Assembly: GCF_018977255.1 (NCBI RefSeq)
Contig: NW_024704743.1
Span: 6,884,001 to 6,948,000, forward strand
From: Callorhinchus milii
Lineage: Eukaryota
Direction: 5' to 3'
DNA length: 64,000 bases
A model generated the notes under the pieces. That model was not told the origin of the DNA. It saw only the letters and a list, made by a program, of their open reading frames with translations, and searched no databases. The number at the start of each line of letters is the position of its first letter. The stretch's first letter is position 1. Below, one piece after another: positions 38,972-51,076 of this stretch. The position numbers and the translations under genes are program-made.

Positions 38972-39780
38972 GAACAAAAACATTACATTTGTATAGCTCC
39001 TTTCACGTTGGGAGGACGTCCCAAGGCACTGGACAGTGTACAGCATTTCAGACCCAAGCTGGGGTCAGCGAGGGAGAAGGGAGGGGAGGGGAAGGGGAGT
39101 GACCGATGGCATGGTTGAAGAGGAGGGTTTTGAGGTGGGACTTGAAGGAGGCTAAGGAGGGGGCGAGGGGGAGTGATTGGGGGATGGAGTTCCAGAGGTT
39201 GGGGGCAGAGTGGCTGAAGGCTCTCCTGCCAATGGTGGGGAGGGGGACGTGGAGCAGGCCGGAGCCGGCTGAACAGAGGGAAGGGCGGGTTGGTAGGGGG
39301 TTAGGAGGTCACAGAGGTAGGGGGGGGACGAGACCATTGAGGGCTTTGTAGGTGAGGACCAGGATTTTGAACTGGATCTTCTGAAGGATAGAGAGCCAAT
39401 GGAGTCGGGCGAGAGTGGGGGAAATGGGGTCACGGAGTTTAGTGCGGGAGAGGACACAGGCTGCAGAGTTCTGGATTATCTGCAGCCCGTGGAGGGAGGA
39501 GTTGGGAAGGCCGACAAGCAGGGGTTTGCATAGTTGAGCTTGGAGGTGATGAAAGCTCGAACAAGACCCATGTCTGCGGATGATGTCACCAAGGGGGCGC
39601 ATGTAGATATTAAAGAGAGGGCCAAGGGCAGAGCCAGACGTGACAGTGCGGGAGCTGGAGGAGCAACTGTTAGAGGCAACAAAGTGGAGATGGTGAGAGA
39701 AATAGGATTCGATCCAGGCAAGGACAGATCCGCGAAGATTAAGTAGAGAGGAGAGGCAGTGTTTGAGGATGGAGTGAACT
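38972..39780 (-). mobile_element. L2 LINE 3' portion with an internal deletion
   Basis: PLGDIIRRHG is joined directly to the RAFITSKL/QIIQNSAA/LHWL/IQFKILVLTYKAL region. The YADD-to-NLGV part is missing. Confidence 0.88.
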
Positions 39781-39862
39781 CATACAAGATACATCTGCAG
39801 ATGTAGGCTGCAATTCTTTCCTGCTGCCTTTCCTCCCCTTTGCAATTTCTTCCTCAGCCACC

Positions 39863-40289
39863 TCATTGTGTGCTAGGCCCCGCTACACATCTGTACACAC
39901 AGCGTGCTGGCCCCGCTACAAACTTGTACACACATTGTGCTAGGCCCCGGGCCTCTGCATGCTGTTTGCTCGATGCTGCCACTGTGGGCTGAGCAGCTTC
40001 AGTAGTGCGTGATGCAGGGAGTGTTGGGATTGAGAGTGTCGCAAGAGGGAAATCAGCTTTGCCCGCTAGTGAGTGAACCACAATAGAAATTTGGATAGCT
40101 CTTTTCAGATTTGGATAGCTCTTTTCAAAGAGCTGGCACAAACACAATGGGCCGAATGGCCTCCTTCTGTGCTGTATAATTCTATGAAATACCAGCTTCG
40201 TCACACTACTGCCGTCTATTTGCTTGATTCCCTGGCTAACCTCAGTTCCTACGTCAAATTCTTGTTAAGTGCTATACTATTCTAATTAA
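39863..40289. repeat. Unclassified interspersed repeat, copy 2, with a nested CR1 tail (40091-40185)
   Basis: Colinear with 35638-35928. The CR1 tail is flanked by GAAAT on both sides. Confidence 0.85.
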
Positions 40290-41153
40290 AAATTTTGAAA
40301 GACAGTCCAAAAAGGAAAAATAAACTTCCATGCCACACATTACTACATTTAAGTCACCTTGGAGATGATAAGGAATTCTTGGCAATGAGGCACCCTCGGA
40401 AAAATGCAACCATGGAAATTTTTACTTAAGTGTCAAACACTCAATCCTGTTCCAATTTTCCTACATTGACTGAATCTTGCTGAAATAGATTTTCTGCAGA
40501 ACAGTAACTTTTTTTTTACCTTGTAAAATCACTCAGGATTTCTCACACCAGGTCATGAAAATAGAAAGGCAAAGATAAACCTTCCAAACTTAGACGCCCC
40601 TTAAAAGAAATAAACTAAAATCTTCTAGCAGTACATAAAATTGTGAGTCACAATCCCATTCTTACTGGGTGTTTGCCAACAACACAAACTTTCTCTAATT
40701 TGGCACTGCAGTACATTTGAGTCTGCACTTTGGTGTGACCTTACTGTGGCTGATAAAAACATGCAGCTATCAGATCACCAAAAAATGGCAATAGTATCTA
40801 AAACCTTCTTCCTTCAGGAGTTATATTGTCCCAATAAAATTACATAGCATCTGTCAGCCTTTCTCTCTCTTGCTCTCACACCTCTCACCCCCACAATTCT
40901 CTCTCTCCGACCTATGCTAAACCTTCCCTCACTCACACCTCTCTACACAGCGCAAACCCTTCCATTGCTCTCCGATACAGTGGAAGCCTTGCTCTCTCAC
41001 TCTCTCCAATACAGTGATCTTTATGGTCACTGTGAGGATGTTTTGAAGAATTCATCCTTGACTGTAAGTTGAGGTGCTGGTTGTTACTGAACATTAGTCA
41101 CAATACCCCTAGACAACGAACAGAGGGGGGAATCTCACACCTGACTGCAATTG

Positions 41154-41468
41154 GGAGTCCTGCAGCTCAGTGGTTAGAGCACTTACTTTGCAAGCGAGAG
41201 ACCTGGGTTCAATTCCAGGCAGGGTGAAACCTTGGGCAAGTTTCCTTACTCCACACGCCTGATAATAATCCCTCAAAAAAAGCCAATCATTAATTGGTCA
41301 TTTCAATCCATGACTGTTTGTGGGACACTGCTGTGTGCAATTGGCTGCCGCATTTCACCCACAAATATACAGTCAATTCACTTTACAGTCTATTCTGTGA
41401 AATGCTTTGAGATATCTAGGAGACGTGAAAAGCGCTATATCAAATGCAAGGATTATTATTATTATTAT
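41154..41468 (+). mobile_element. Young tRNA-headed SINE, full length
   Basis: Complete head, body and tail. Confidence 0.95.
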
Positions 41469-41489
41469 AATTCTGTCATTCCTGCTGGA

Positions 41490-41645
41490 AACAACAACAA
41501 GATTTCATTTATAGAGCGCCTTTCACGTCGAAAGGACATCCCAAGGCGCTGGACAATTGGGTCAGGACCCAAGCAGTCGGGAAATGGTCAGGGTGAGTGG
41601 AGGGAAGGGAGCGAGGAAAGGGGTAGAGAGTCGAGAGGGGAGCCG
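41490..41645 (-). mobile_element. L2 3' end, young subfamily
   Basis: Reverse complement is similar to 44938-45169 and 50903-51076. Confidence 0.88.
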
Positions 41646-42496
41646 GAAAGTATCCATCAGTGCACAATTGACTAAGTTGTGACACTTATCTTTTCACTTC
41701 CCTCCCACCCACCACCGCCTTCTCTTGAATTAATAATCTGCCAACACTCAGCATATAACCTGCTAAACTTAAACAGAGAATGGACTTTTGAGTGAGGTGA
41801 GATAAGCAGTGTCTCTTTGTGAGCTTGTATGTCAGCTCGTGAGACAATGCTTTCTGAAGCAGAAGGGAAAACAAAATCTGATGAAAAACATTCCACAAAT
41901 GGGAGTTGCAAGCAACAAAACTCAACACGAGCTGGTATTTGAAGCAAAACTCCCTGCCTAGAATGTGACAATTTAAATATGAAAAGGAATTGGAATGAAT
42001 GAAAAAAATAAAGCTTTGATGCACAGCAATTGAGATTACAGTATTCAGGCTGACCAGCAGTACTCTCTGAAACCCCAAAAGCCTGGGAAATTTTAAGAAT
42101 ATGCACATTCCTTTTTTTTAAAAAAAGCTTGAAAACAGAACATTTCATTGTTCCATTAAAGTTGGATGAATACAGTTGCTGTTGCAGAGTGAAAAAGCTT
42201 AGCTTCCTGAAACACCCTCATCCTGTCAGTGATTATCATAATGAACCAGGTTCCAATCAACTTTGACAACACAGAAGGGACTGGGAATGTCAGCAGCCAC
42301 TGCTGTGCTGTTGTTTCTGTTCACATTTTACCTACACATGAAATTACCCAACTCCCATCAAAACCTTTGGTTGCCGGTCGCCGGGTAAATCAGACAAAAT
42401 TCTTTGCCCCGATGCATCTGACTAAAGTAATTCCACTGTAATCCTTACAGTCGATATAGCACCTTTCACATCGGGAGAATATACAAAATGTTTGTA

Positions 42497-42785
42497 GACA
42501 AACAGCCATGAACTAAGTGACCAACTTTATTTTGGAGGATTGTTGACAAGGGAATCTGGAGAAAATCCCTTTTTGTTTTGAATAGTGCACAGAATCTTTA
42601 ACGTCCATCTAAACAGACAGATGGAGACTTTGCTTTGTCTCATCTGAAATCCGGCACCTCTGACAACCCAGCACTGCACTGGAGTAGCAGCATAGACTAT
42701 GTGAGTTCCAGGTCCCAACGTGGTGCTTGAACCACAACCTTCTGACTTACAGGCAATAGTTCTAACAACTGAGTCAGGCTGACAC
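42497..42785 (-). mobile_element. Deu-domain SINE
   Basis: Head CTTGAACCACAACCTTCTGACT and Deu domain. Confidence 0.78.
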
Positions 42786-43287
42786 ATGCAGGCCATTGTG
42801 AACAAAGTTAGAATAATAACTCCTTCCCCACCCAAGTTTTTTTTACACCTACAGTAACTAGCTTCTCGCCCAAGCTGCTTCACTAACCTGAATCTTCTCC
42901 TGCCTTAGAAATATTTTCCCCTTTTCCTGCTCAGCCTCCCCTTGGACATGAACAGTAGCATCTGTTTTAGCCCACCTCAGTCTCACCTGAAAAAACAATA
43001 TTCTAGAAATCTTGGCTTAGATTTCCTGGTGCTCACTGGAAACAGCTGTCTGCTGCTGCAGTGCTGCAATTCAGGAGCAATTGGCAGAGGCCCAGGTCAA
43101 AGCTGGAGATTGGACTTGTGTATCTCTGCATCCTGGATTTGCAAAAAACAGGCAAACTCAGAACATCAGGGAGTAGCACTGTTAAGACACTGAGGGTACC
43201 TACATTCCTGGTCACACTCTCCAAGATTGTGGTACCTTGCAATAGAATTTCTGACTGGTATTGCCACAGCTACATAATAATATAATT

Positions 43288-43685
43288 ATATTTAGTATAG
43301 CATCTTTCATATTGGGAGTACATCTCAACGCATTTTGCAGGATATACAGTGAAGTGTAGTGACGTTTTGTGGCCTAGTTCAGCAGCCAATTTGCATCGAG
43401 CAGTGCCCCATAAACAGTGAAGTGAATGACCAATTTTATTTGAAGTATTGGCCAGGATACCGGAAGAAACTCCCTTCTCTTTTCGAATTAGTGCCATAGG
43501 ACCTTTAATGTCCACCTGAACAATCAGACGGGACCTCAGTTTAACATTGCATCCAAAGAATGGCACTCCAACAAAGCAGCACACCCCCAACTTGGACTAC
43601 GTGAGTTCTATGTCCAAACGTGATGCTTTAATCCACAACCTTCTGAATCAGAGGCGAAAGTGCTACCAATTGAGTCAAGCTGACA
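43288..43685 (-). mobile_element. Deu-domain SINE, near full length
   Basis: Head, Deu domain, body and tail. Confidence 0.82.
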
Positions 43686-43732
43686 TGTAGGTTCTGATCA
43701 GTCCTGGCAAATGGGTTTAAAGTAAAGAGAAT

Positions 43733-44060
43733 CAGCCTGGCTCAATTGATAGCACGATCACCTCCGATTCAAAAGTTATGTTTTCAAACCCTTCAACAGG
43801 AAGTCAGCCTAGGCTTGAATACTCCTAATGAGACAAACTGAGGTCCCATCTGCCTGCTTAGGTGGACATTAGAGATCCCATGGGACAGTTTCTCCCAGTA
43901 TCCTAGTCAATAATCCCCCAGAAAAAATTGGTAACTCTTTCATGGCTGTTTGTGGGACAAATCGGCTGCGTTTTCAAATACAAAATATGCAATAAATCTT
44001 GGAAAAGGCTTTGAGACGTCCTCCCAACCAGAAAGGTGGTGTATTAAATGTAAGGATTTG
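43733..44060 (+). mobile_element. Deu-domain SINE, internally deleted, head-to-head with the previous copy
   Basis: TCAGCCTGGCTCAATTGATAGCAC head, then ATGAGACAAACTGAGGTCCCATCTGCCTG, then tail. Confidence 0.78.
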
Positions 44061-44794
44061 TTCATTTATTTTAACAGCAAGAATTGAAACCATGACAAAC
44101 AAAAGTGCTGGCAAGAATATTTTTTATGGCAGGATTCTTTCCTACGACAAACCGTGAGAGAGATCTGTGAGGAAAAGATAAACAAACCTCATTTAAACAA
44201 TGGGGCCATAAGTAGCCACATCATGAGGAACAGTAAATTAGGTTTCCCATGGGGGTGCCAGTATGTTTTTACAGCGTACAATTGCACCGCTTTTCCCTTA
44301 CAGTTCCAGAGTCCTGAAAAGCGTTACAACAGAGGAGCTGGTGCTTTTCTACAAATTCCAGACTTCTAGAGATTGTCTGCAGTAAATAATGTTCCACACA
44401 TTTGTATATGTCTTTACTTAACAGGATTATGTCAAATAAGACATTGTTGTACGTGTGAATCCTCATTGGAATTTTTTGGTAACCCGCATTATCTTAACAG
44501 TAAAAGTCAGGAGATGCAACTGATTTTGTAGGTGAATGTGACAGCCAATTTGTGCACAGCAATATCAATAACAACTTACATTTATAGAGCACCCTTCATG
44601 CAAGATAGCGTCTGAGTGCTTAAAAGCAGCGGAGCTTGACACCGATCGGGGGAGTGGTGACCTTAGGCATGGTGGAAAAGGAAGGTCTTCAGGTGTGATC
44701 TGAAGACAGGCAAACACGGTGAAGGGATTGAAGTAGAAAGGAACACGGTTTCATGTTTCATCTAAATAACGGGCTAAGCATGATAATACGATCT

Positions 44795-44915
44795 ATGAAT
44801 CATAGAATTATACAACCCAGAAGGAGGCCATTCGGCCCATCGTGCCTGTGCTGGCTCTTTGAAAAGAGCTATCCAATTCAATCCCACTCACCCGCACTCT
44901 CCCCATAGCCCTGAA
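44795..44915 (-). mobile_element. CR1 3' tail
   Basis: CATAGAAT..AGAAGGAGGCCATTCGGCCCATCGTGCCTGTG, the same type as 8696-8810. Confidence 0.88.
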
Positions 44916-44937
44916 AACTATAAATATAAATAGCCCC

Positions 44938-45169
44938 CAGTGCCTTCGCCTTGCTTCCTCCCTTTCCTCCTTCAAGGCTGGTCTCAAGACCTTTCTCTTC
45001 TACCGTGCCTTCAGCTCCCCTCTCGACTCTCTACCCCCTCCTCGCTCCCTCCCTTCCCTCCCCTCACCCTGACCATTTCCCCCCTGCTCGGGTCCCGCCC
45101 CAACTGTCCAGCGCCTTGGGACGTCCTCCCCACGTGAAAGGCGCTCTATAAATGCAATCTTGTTGTTGT
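44938..45169 (+). mobile_element. L2 3' end, young subfamily
   Basis: Very similar to 50903-51076. Hairpin followed by (TTG)n. Confidence 0.9.
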
Positions 45170-46062
45170 CCTCTCCAAATAATTATCTATTTGGGTGACC
45201 AGATCTATGCTGACACTCCAGCTCAGTGCTGGGAAAGCGCTGCATTGTTGGAGACATCATCCTTCAGATGATATGTTAAACTGAGATCCTCACAACCTGT
45301 TCAGACCAACATACTCCAGATATTCATGACTATTTGTGGGGTGTTGCTGTTCAGACTGGATGCAGTCCTCAGCTACAAATATATATTCACACATTTAAGT
45401 AATTTTGAGACATTTTAGTGCAATGAGGTGCGATGTCAAATGCAAGGATTATTACTACAGGCTACAGGTATGTAGTAATGGCCGAGATACAGTGGGACAA
45501 ATTGCTGAAAAATTCTGTTTCTATTTGGCACCGAAGCTCTGCATCAATTACCTCCCAACCAGTTACCAGGGAGAGAAGAAAATTAAGAAAAAAATGAGTA
45601 ACGCAATATTGTAATTGATGGACGATGACTGTCATGGTCTGCTGATTTATAGTGTTCATACAGCACTATAAATACATCAGAGTTGATTCAGCGCAAATCC
45701 TCCATCCCTGAGGAGACGGTTTCAGTAGCACTTTGATTCATATCAAAGTAGTCATTTTTCAGGCACATTGACAGACCCTCAGGGATGTTTTAAATTTAAA
45801 AAATATTGGGCAACTCAACTGCAGGCATGCCACACACATTGTAAGGGCTTTGCAATCTATCTGGCCTACCCCAAAGTAAAAAATAAATTGTACACTGATA
45901 TTCCTCAATCCATTTGCCCATCAAGTGCAGAACTATGAAAATGGGGGTTAACAGAACACAACCAAATAGTTTAGGGGCAGCAAGTAAAATAATCAGGCTT
46001 GCCTCAAATTGTCGAAGCAGTGAGGGCATGATCACTTTGCTTCCAGCAGCACAAAGACAGAT

Positions 46063-46380
46063 CAACAACCACAACAATAATTGTATTTACATAGCGGGTT
46101 TCACTTCGGGAGGACATCCCAAGGTGCGGGACAGTCAAGGATTTGCACCCGAGCTAGGGTTTGAAATCAAGAGGGATGGAGGAAAGGGGTTGAGTTTGGG
46201 AGGATGACCAAATGCAGGGTCAAAGAGGAAGGTCTTGAGATGGGCCTTGAAGGAGGCAATGGATGGCAAAGCGACTCCAGGATGAAGTTCGAGAGAGTGG
46301 GGGCAGAAAGGCTGACAGATGACTGCCGACGGTGGGGTGGGAAGGGTTGGTACATGGAGCAGGCCACTGCCCGCCAGGTG
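46063..46380 (-). mobile_element. L2 3' end
   Basis: Tail hairpin plus GAAGGTCTTGAGATGGGCCTTGAAGGAGG. Confidence 0.85.
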
Positions 46381-47038
46381 TGTAAGATTTTAAAACATCA
46401 ATTGCAGACCGCAAAACACTCCCTTTTCAAGAGCTTCTTTTAGACATCTATTGTCAGAAAATATCGAGTTTCGCTTGGATTTTTTGATAGTGGGGCATGG
46501 AATAATAGTCCGTTGGAATCCTACAACAATGTCAAGGTTTTATCCACTTGGTAAACTGGACAAATTTAAAACCATTCTTTTACTATCAGCAATCTGTCCC
46601 TTCCTTTCCTGAAGAATTGACAATATTTTCCTCCTCTATGTTGCATTTTCAAGGACACTTCATTCATCTGGCATTGTTTCGGATACAAGTCTCACTGGAA
46701 TCATCTTCTGACTATGCAGCTGCGAGGGAAAGGGAGGGGTGGTACTGCAGCTGAGTCCAATCCTGTTGTCAGAGCTGCTATCGTTCGGCTGAGATGTTAA
46801 ACGAAGGTCATGACATGAAGTACTTTGGGATGTTTTGACCAGATATAATAATACAAATTTACATTTATATCGCTCCTTTAATGTCGGGAGGACTTCCCAA
46901 AGCATCGATAATGCAAGATATCAAATGCAAGGATTATTATTAGTAGTAGTGGTATTCGTACTGTTCATCTGACATCCTTACAGGGCTCAGCACAAACCAG
47001 GAACTGAAAATAATTCATTAAAATTATATTTGACTCAA

Positions 47039-49512
47039 GCACATAGATTGGGACAACCAAATTGGGAAAAGTATGATAGAGGAAGAGTTTATAGAATGTA
47101 TTAGGGAAAATTATCTAGATCAGTGTGCCGAGGAGCCAACCAGGGAACAGGCCATATTAGACCTTGTTTTGTGCAATGAAGCAGGGCTGATCAGCAAACT
47201 GGAAATTAAGGCTCCTCTAGGGCAAAGTGATCATAATACGATGGAATTTAGCATTAAGTTAGAGAAAGAAATAGTTAAGTCCGAAGCAAAGGTTTCAAAT
47301 TTAAGTAGAGCTAATTTTGCTGGTATGAAAGAGGAATTAACCAAAATAAACTGGGAAATTAGACTTAAGGATTTGACAGTAGACCAGCAATGGCAGACGT
47401 TTAAGGAGATAGTGCAAAATTCCCAGCGAGCACATATTCCTTTGAGGAATAAGAATGCCACGGGAAAGGTGGCCCAACCGTGGCTAACTAGAGCAGTTAG
47501 GGAAAGTATAAAGTTAAAGGAAGAAGCCTATAAAACAGCTAAGATGAGTAGTAAACCCAAGGATTGGGAGAACTTTAGGGATCAACAAAGGAGAACCAAA
47601 AAAGTGATTAAGAGGGAGAAAATGGAATATGAGGGCAAACTAGCGAAGAACATAAAGACAGACTGTAAGAGTTTTTATAAATATATAAAGAGGAAGAGGC
47701 TGTCAAAGGTAAATGTGGGTCCGCTACAGGCAGAGATGGGGGGAATTATAGTAGGGGACAAAGACATGGCAGAGTCTTTAAACAAATACTTTGCTACTGT
47801 CTTCACCTTAGAAGACACTAAAAACCTACCAAGAATAGAAGGGAACCAAGAAGAAAATGTTAGCGAGTAACTTGGAGGAATTAATATTAGTAAAGAAATG
47901 GTTTTAAGTAAATTATCAGGTCTTAAAACTGATAAATCTCCTGGACCTGATGGCCTACATCCTAGGGTTTTAAAAGAGGTGGCTACTGAGATAGTGGATG
48001 GCTTGTCTTTGATCTTCCAAAATTCTCTGGATTCTGGAACGGTTCCCATTGATTGGAAGATTGCAAACGTGACACCACTATTTAAGAAGGGTGGGAGAGA
48101 AAAGATGGGGAACTATAGACCAGTTAGTCTGACATCAGTGGTAGGGAAAATTCTTGAGTCCTTAATTAAGGATGTCGTTATGGGATTCCTGGAAGACCAT
48201 AACAAGATTAGGCAGAGTCAACATGGCTTTACAAAAGGGAAGTCATGCTTAACTAATCTTTTAGAGTTTTTTGAAGATGTATCTAGCAGGTTAGATAGGG
48301 GGGAACCAGTAGATGTAGTATATTTAGATTTTAAAAAGGCATTTGACAAAGTGCCACACAAAAGGCTATTGCACAAGGTTAAGGCCCACGGGATTAATGG
48401 GAACATATTAGCATGGATTGAAGAGTGGCTAACGGGTAGAAAACAGAGAGTAGGGATAAACGGGTCATTCTCGAATTGGCAGGATGTGACTAGTGGAGTG
48501 CCACAAGGATCAGTGCTTGGGCCTCAGCTATTTACAATTTACATCAATGATCTAGACGAGGACATTGAATGTAACGTATCTAAATTCGCGGATGACACTA
48601 AACTAGGTGGGAGAGTAAGCTCTGAGGATGATGCAAAAAGATTGCAACGGGATATAGATAGGCTAGGGGAGTGGGCGAGTAGGTGGCAGATGGAATTTAA
48701 TGTGGGGAAGTGTGAAGTTATTCACCTAGGTAGAAAAAATAGAAAAACAGATTATTTTCTAGAGGGGGAGAGATTAGATAGTGTTAGTGTTCAGAGGGAT
48801 TTGGGTGTCCTTGTACACCAGTCTCAAAAAGTTAGTTTGCAGGTGCTGCAAGCAACTAAGAAGGCGAACGGCATGTTAGCGTTCATTGCAAAAGGTTTAG
48901 AGTACAAGAGTAGGGAAGTCTTGCTGCAACTGTATAGGGCCTTGGTGAGACCGCACCTAGAGTATTGTGTGCAGTTTTGGTCTCCTTATTTAAAAAAGGA
49001 CATACTTGCCCTAGAGGGGGTGCAGCGTAGATTCACTCGGTTAGTTCCTGGGATGAGGGGACTGACCTATGAGGATAGGCTGAATAAACTAGGGCTATAT
49101 TCTCTAGAGTACAGAAGAATTAGGGGAGATCTTATTGAAACATATAAGATTCTTAAAGGGCTGGATAAAGTAGACACTGAGGGACTGTTTCCCCTGGTAG
49201 GAGAATCTATAACCAGGGGTCACAGTCTTAAAATTAAGGGTCAGCCTTTTAGAACAGAGTTGAGGAAACATTTCTTCACTCAGAGGGTAGTGAATTTATG
49301 GAATTCACTACCCAGAAGGCTGTAGATGCTCAGTCCTTGAACATCTTCAAGGCTGAGACTGATAGATTTTTAAAAAACAGAGACATTAGGGGATATGGGG
49401 ATAGGGCAGGTAATTAGAGTTAGGTCTGAAGATCAACCATGATCTTATCGAATGGCGGGGCAGACTCGAGGGGCCGAATGGCCTACTCCTGCTCCTAATT
49501 CTTATGTTCTTA
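47039..49512 (+). mobile_element. CR1 LINE, 5'-truncated within the endonuclease region, recently active family
   Basis: ORF2 homology is continuous from about 47039. The 3' UTR ends GGCCGAATGGCCTACTCCTGCTCCTAATTCTTATGTTCTTAT. Confidence 0.97.
47073..49416 (+). pseudogene. CR1 ORF2 (APE endonuclease C-terminus plus reverse transcriptase), disrupted
   Basis: Motifs [60 protein letters not shown] and KFADDTKL. In-frame TAA at 47868-47870 and an apparent 1-bp deletion near 49311. Confidence 0.95.
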
Positions 49513-49606
49513 TATGAAAGCAACCACGAATATTCACTGAAAACCCTAAGTTGCAGAGAGGTCACAATCACTGTTTCTCCCCATTCAAACAATTACAATT
49601 GCAGTA

Positions 49607-49797
49607 ATAACAACAACAACTTGGATTTATATGGTGCCCTCCACGCCTGACGGTGTCTCAGAGCGCTTTACAGTAATGGATCCCAGGACCAAGCCGGGGG
49701 GGGGCGGGGGGGGGGGCGCGGAGAAGATGACCAAAGGTGTGGTCGAAAAGAAAGGTCTTCAGCAGAGACCTGAAAATGGAAAGGGAGGGAGCAAGAC
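49607..49797 (-). mobile_element. L2 3' end, same subfamily as 4168 and 58630
   Basis: CTTGGATTTATAT..CAGAGCGCTTTACAGTAA.GGATCCC is shared among the three copies. Confidence 0.9.
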
Positions 49798-50902
49798 TAA
49801 TAATAATAACCAATGCACAAAAATGTACAGGAAAAAATGTATAGGGTTTACCCTATGAATTTAATCATTGGCTAAATGTAGAGGACAATGGACTGAGTCT
49901 ATCAAAAAGGAAGGTCAGACTAGCTGAAACGTTACAGTTTGACTTTGCAAACTTATCTACACCATTTACAATCTTTGCATCCTACTGTCAACACAGCAGA
50001 CTTCTTCAAACAGCTGCTTCACACGTCATACAAAGCTGGCCACCAGGAAAAACGATTCATCAAGTTTTTGAAAACTAGTCCAAGAAGACTGAATCCCCGT
50101 TGAGATAATCTTTTCTCCCTTCGCACATAGCTGATTCGGGACACACTCAGTTTCTAAAAACAGAAACATCTTTACAACTCAGGCTTAAAGAAAGGTTAAA
50201 AATGTGCAACACGTAATTTTAGACGGATATACAATTGGATTGTGGACGTCATAAGAACTGTACTCCAATAATAGGGTTGATCAAATTATACCAAACTACT
50301 GTACTAATTATAAAATAAAATATACAGTACCTCTTTCTGTGCATCTAGTTCCATAAGGAACAAATTTACTCATACCAATTTCTGAGAGTTTACAAACTTG
50401 TAATGGCTTGTCATAAAGTCTCCAGGATTGACAAGTTAATTATTATCTTTCAGAAAGAAACACATTGAATATGTCTCCATCATTGTTGCTAGCTATTAAT
50501 GCTGCTTAACATTTTCTCAATGACAATGTCTGGGGATGGACAATTCCAATGACTGTATTTTATAGGCGAAGGTTGAGGTAACATTAATTTAGTGAAATAA
50601 GTAAGGCACCTATTTAACTTGAACTATTTGCACAGATATCAATACATAGTGAATGAACTTATCCATTTTCCATGCGCCTTTATAACACCATATTAATTCT
50701 TCAATGTAATTAATTAGAAATATTGGAGATGTTGTTTGTGCTCTGTGATTTGATAATCATCACCAGCGACAATTCTCATTTCACCAAATGGAAATGTTTC
50801 CCTCTATGATCCTAACATCTCTCAAACTCTTCTGCCCTCTGTCATCTGGCACCATTCTAACCATTATCTGTGTCACCATATTACATACAGTACCTTGTAT
50901 AT

Positions 50903-51076
50903 TCTCTTCAACCGTGCCTTCACCTCCCCTCTCGACTCTCTACCCCCTCTTTGCTCCCTCCCTTCCCTCATCCTGACCATTTCCCCCCTGCTCAGGTCCC
51001 GACCCAACTGTCCAGCGCCTTGGGACGTCCTCCCGACGTGAAAGGCGCTCTATAAATGCAATCTTGCTGTTGTTGT
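50903..51076 (+). mobile_element. L2 3' end, young subfamily
   Basis: Intact hairpin GCGCCTT-GGG-ACGTC-CTCCC-GACGT-GA-AAGGCGC. Confidence 0.92.

Noticed and set aside
45625..45790. H/ACA or C/D snoRNA call
   Set aside because: No properly placed ANANNA/ACA or C/D boxes on either strand. Kept only as an unexplained hairpin cluster.
47898..49325. Domesticated or novel reverse transcriptase gene (retron/DGR/group II type)
   Set aside because: Standard CR1 ORF2 motifs, a CR1 3' UTR, 5' truncation and disabling lesions.
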